Assembly (NCBI GenBank): GCA_002269645.1
Contig: NIVC01000694.1
Coordinates: 248,001 to 312,000, forward strand
DNA from: Macrostomum lignano
Taxonomy: Eukaryota
DNA length: 64,000 nt
Direction of reading: 5' to 3'
A program made the position numbers and the translations under genes. Below, piece by piece: positions 61,815-64,000 of the stretch; position 1 is the stretch's first letter, and each line of letters starts with the position of its first letter. The notes beneath the pieces are model-generated. The model had not been told where the DNA came from and did no database searches. It saw nothing but the letters and a program-made list of their open reading frames with translations.

Positions 61815-62445
61815 CAGAATTCGGGCCAGAAATCCAGGGCATAGCCTGGGAGCGAACGAAGTCCGCTCCGTTGGCAGTGTCGGGCGCCCCAGCGTCGCAC
61901 AGCAGGCAGTCCACGTATCGACTGGTTCGGGCCTGACCCCGCCTGAACGGACCCTGCAAGGTGAGCAACAGGATGTCCTAAACAGGTTGGGGGCAGTAGC
62001 CCTCGGCCCGGATCACGTGGCCCGCCAGTTGAGGTCACCACCGGCGCAGAATGATGGACGGGCGCTGCAGCTTGACTCGAGCGTACAGGGCCTCGGTCCC
62101 GACGCTCTCTTCAGATCGAAAGGCCGCACGGAGCAGCCCTGAGTGCACCGAGTCCAGCTGCCACTCTAGCGTAGCCGTCAGCGTCCACGTCTCGGCGTTG
62201 TAGAGCAGGGCGGTTTCGACCACCGTCGGCCACAGCTGAGCCCTCTGGCGGTCGGGCAAGGCTTCGGACTGGACGACGGCCCGGATCGAACGGAAGGCCT
62301 CCAGGCAAGTCCTCTGCGCCGCAGGAGGTCCTCCTCCACGTGAGGCACCAGATCGCCGAGGTAGTTGAACCGCTGGCAGCGTGCAAGCCTGGTCGTCTGC
62401 CCGTCTGGGATGTCAGCCGGCAAAATCAGCACCTCGGTCTTCAGT
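61815..62445 (-). mobile_element. 3' fragment of a second, diverged RTE-like LINE, convergent with the first
   Basis: Minus-strand remnants RCQRFNYLG, DLLRRRGLAW and ETALLYNAETWTLT are homologous to the + strand element's C-terminal region. Confidence 0.82.
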
Positions 62446-63382
62446 GAGAAGGGAATTCTAGCGCAGAGTCGCCCACCAGCTAAAAGATCGATCCCCTAAT
62501 GCAAAAGCCCTCGTTTCCAGCACTAAATAGACTTCCTTGTATGACTCGCATAGAGTCCCTTAATCGCGGCCATTTCTAGTACAGTTGGGGTCAAGAAGCT
62601 TAGTCTGTTACAGACCGGGAGTTCCGTCTCGTTAGTGAGAGTTTTTACCGGGTGTACTCCTGCACAGGTAATCCTCATGGTGGCGGCCACGCCTTGGCGT
62701 GTACCTTCAAACAACTCGAGCCCGCTGTCTAGATAATGGGATCTTGGCCGCAATGTCAGCTACTGCACCATCCAGAAGTGGACAAAGTCTAGGGGAGAGG
62801 CCTGGCGGCTGTACTTTTCTGCGCCAGAGCCCAGGGGTCTGCACAGGTTTTTCATGCAGCATAGGTTACGTCAAACACGTAGCACAGGACTACACGTATA
62901 CCCCATGCTTACTATCCTGAATCAATGCATGGCTACTTAAACTGAGGCCTTAATTAGTAACGAGTAACAGCAAATTCCTGCTTGTTTGGGCGCCAAAGCA
63001 TTCTAATTTCGAGATGCATTGAAAAAGCAACAATTGTTTGCCGCCATTTGGAAGCTATGCATGTTGACGAACAGCTAAAGATTGATTGATCATCAGGGCT
63101 TCCATTCCGTTCACGAGCTTCGAGAGAGATCATAAACCGTTTAGGCTCTGTGTTTGGAGATCTCAACCCACTTACTATCGACAATCGTATTGTATCTTAC
63201 AGTCGAATGTAAATTTTGATAGCGCGACCTCGGTGCATTCAAAACCAAAATGCGTGTACAACGTACATTATAAACTTCACCCAGAGCCCGTTTAAAACCT
63301 CCAAAAGTCTGATGGTAAGCTATCTAGAACTATCTTGGGCCAAGGCGAGCCCTGTGTAGTCTATGGTCCGCCACTTTCCGTT

Positions 63383-63913
63383 CCGGGGGGTCTTTCTCGA
63401 AAGCAACTTACGATCGACCATCGACGTAAGTTGGGTAAGCTACACTTACGGGTTGCTCGAAGGGCTCGCAAGTTAGCTATGCGTAAGATTGATCGCAACT
63501 TTACGAGTTCGTAACTATGCGCAAAAGACTGTTTCTCGAAACGTTCGTATGTCTATGGTCTTTCGTAAGGTTGATCTTAACCCTAGACTGCTCGGTATCA
63601 GTCGTAAGACGCACTTAAGCACTAATCGCATAGTACGTGAAGCTTTAGTCAAGCCAACTCAAGTTAAACTTTATCAAAGGTGGGTCTTTCTCGAAAGCAA
63701 CTTACGATAGACCAAGTAAAGATACTTGCAGATTTATGACCATAGACATGCAACTTTTCGTTTCAGATACGACTTACGAACAGCGTAAGCCACGCAAAGT
63801 CTAAGTTAGTTTTGAGAAAGCGTCTTACGAGCAAACTTACGCTACACGTAAATTTCTTTCTTACGATCTAACTTACCATAGAACTTACGTGAGTTTCGAG
63901 AAACACCCCCCGG
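63383..63913. mobile_element. ~530-bp PIF/Harbinger-like MITE
   Basis: Terminal inverted repeats CCGGGGGGTCTTTCTCGAAAG ... GTTTCGAGAAACACCCCCCGG; many internal CTTACGA/TCGTAAG subterminal motifs in both orientations; no ORF. Confidence 0.7.
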
Positions 63914-64000
63914 TCGGCTTGGTAAGCGGAGCTTCAAAACAGCACTTGTGAAAATCAGTTTTACTTGGCGCTCAGGCCAGGGATACTATAGTATAGTTTG

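Overview
Eukaryotic (metazoan) genomic DNA with GC-rich exons, spliceosomal introns filled with private minisatellites, and AT-rich, CpG-depleted transposon graveyards. The style suggests a flatworm such as Macrostomum (inference only). Genes supported by recognisable protein motifs and phase-consistent splice sites, in order: TMEM107 (-), NDUFS3 (+, head-to-head with TMEM107), a 46-aa membrane smORF (+), MED18 (+), a Tudor/Tudor/CCCH/Tudor protein with a KAEAEA repeat (+), DDRGK1 (+), WAVE/SCAR (-), a TIR + TMEM268-like protein (+) and an essentially intronless ATM (+). Mobile DNA: a full-length decayed mariner, two Ty3/Gypsy 5' fragments with tRNA primer-binding sites, two RTE-like LINE fragments, and several MITEs or tiny palindromic insertions with target-site duplications. 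Top observations: (1) the last TMEM107 intron is U12-type (GTATCCTTT donor) and has TWO U12 branch point/acceptor sets, each followed by a paralogous terminal exon, with a poly(A) signal abutting the distal branch point; (2) a TIR domain fused to a complete TMEM268-like membrane module; (3) an ~8-kb single-exon ATM. No rRNA, tRNA or CRISPR arrays were recognised. All homology calls come from my recall of family motifs, not from searches.
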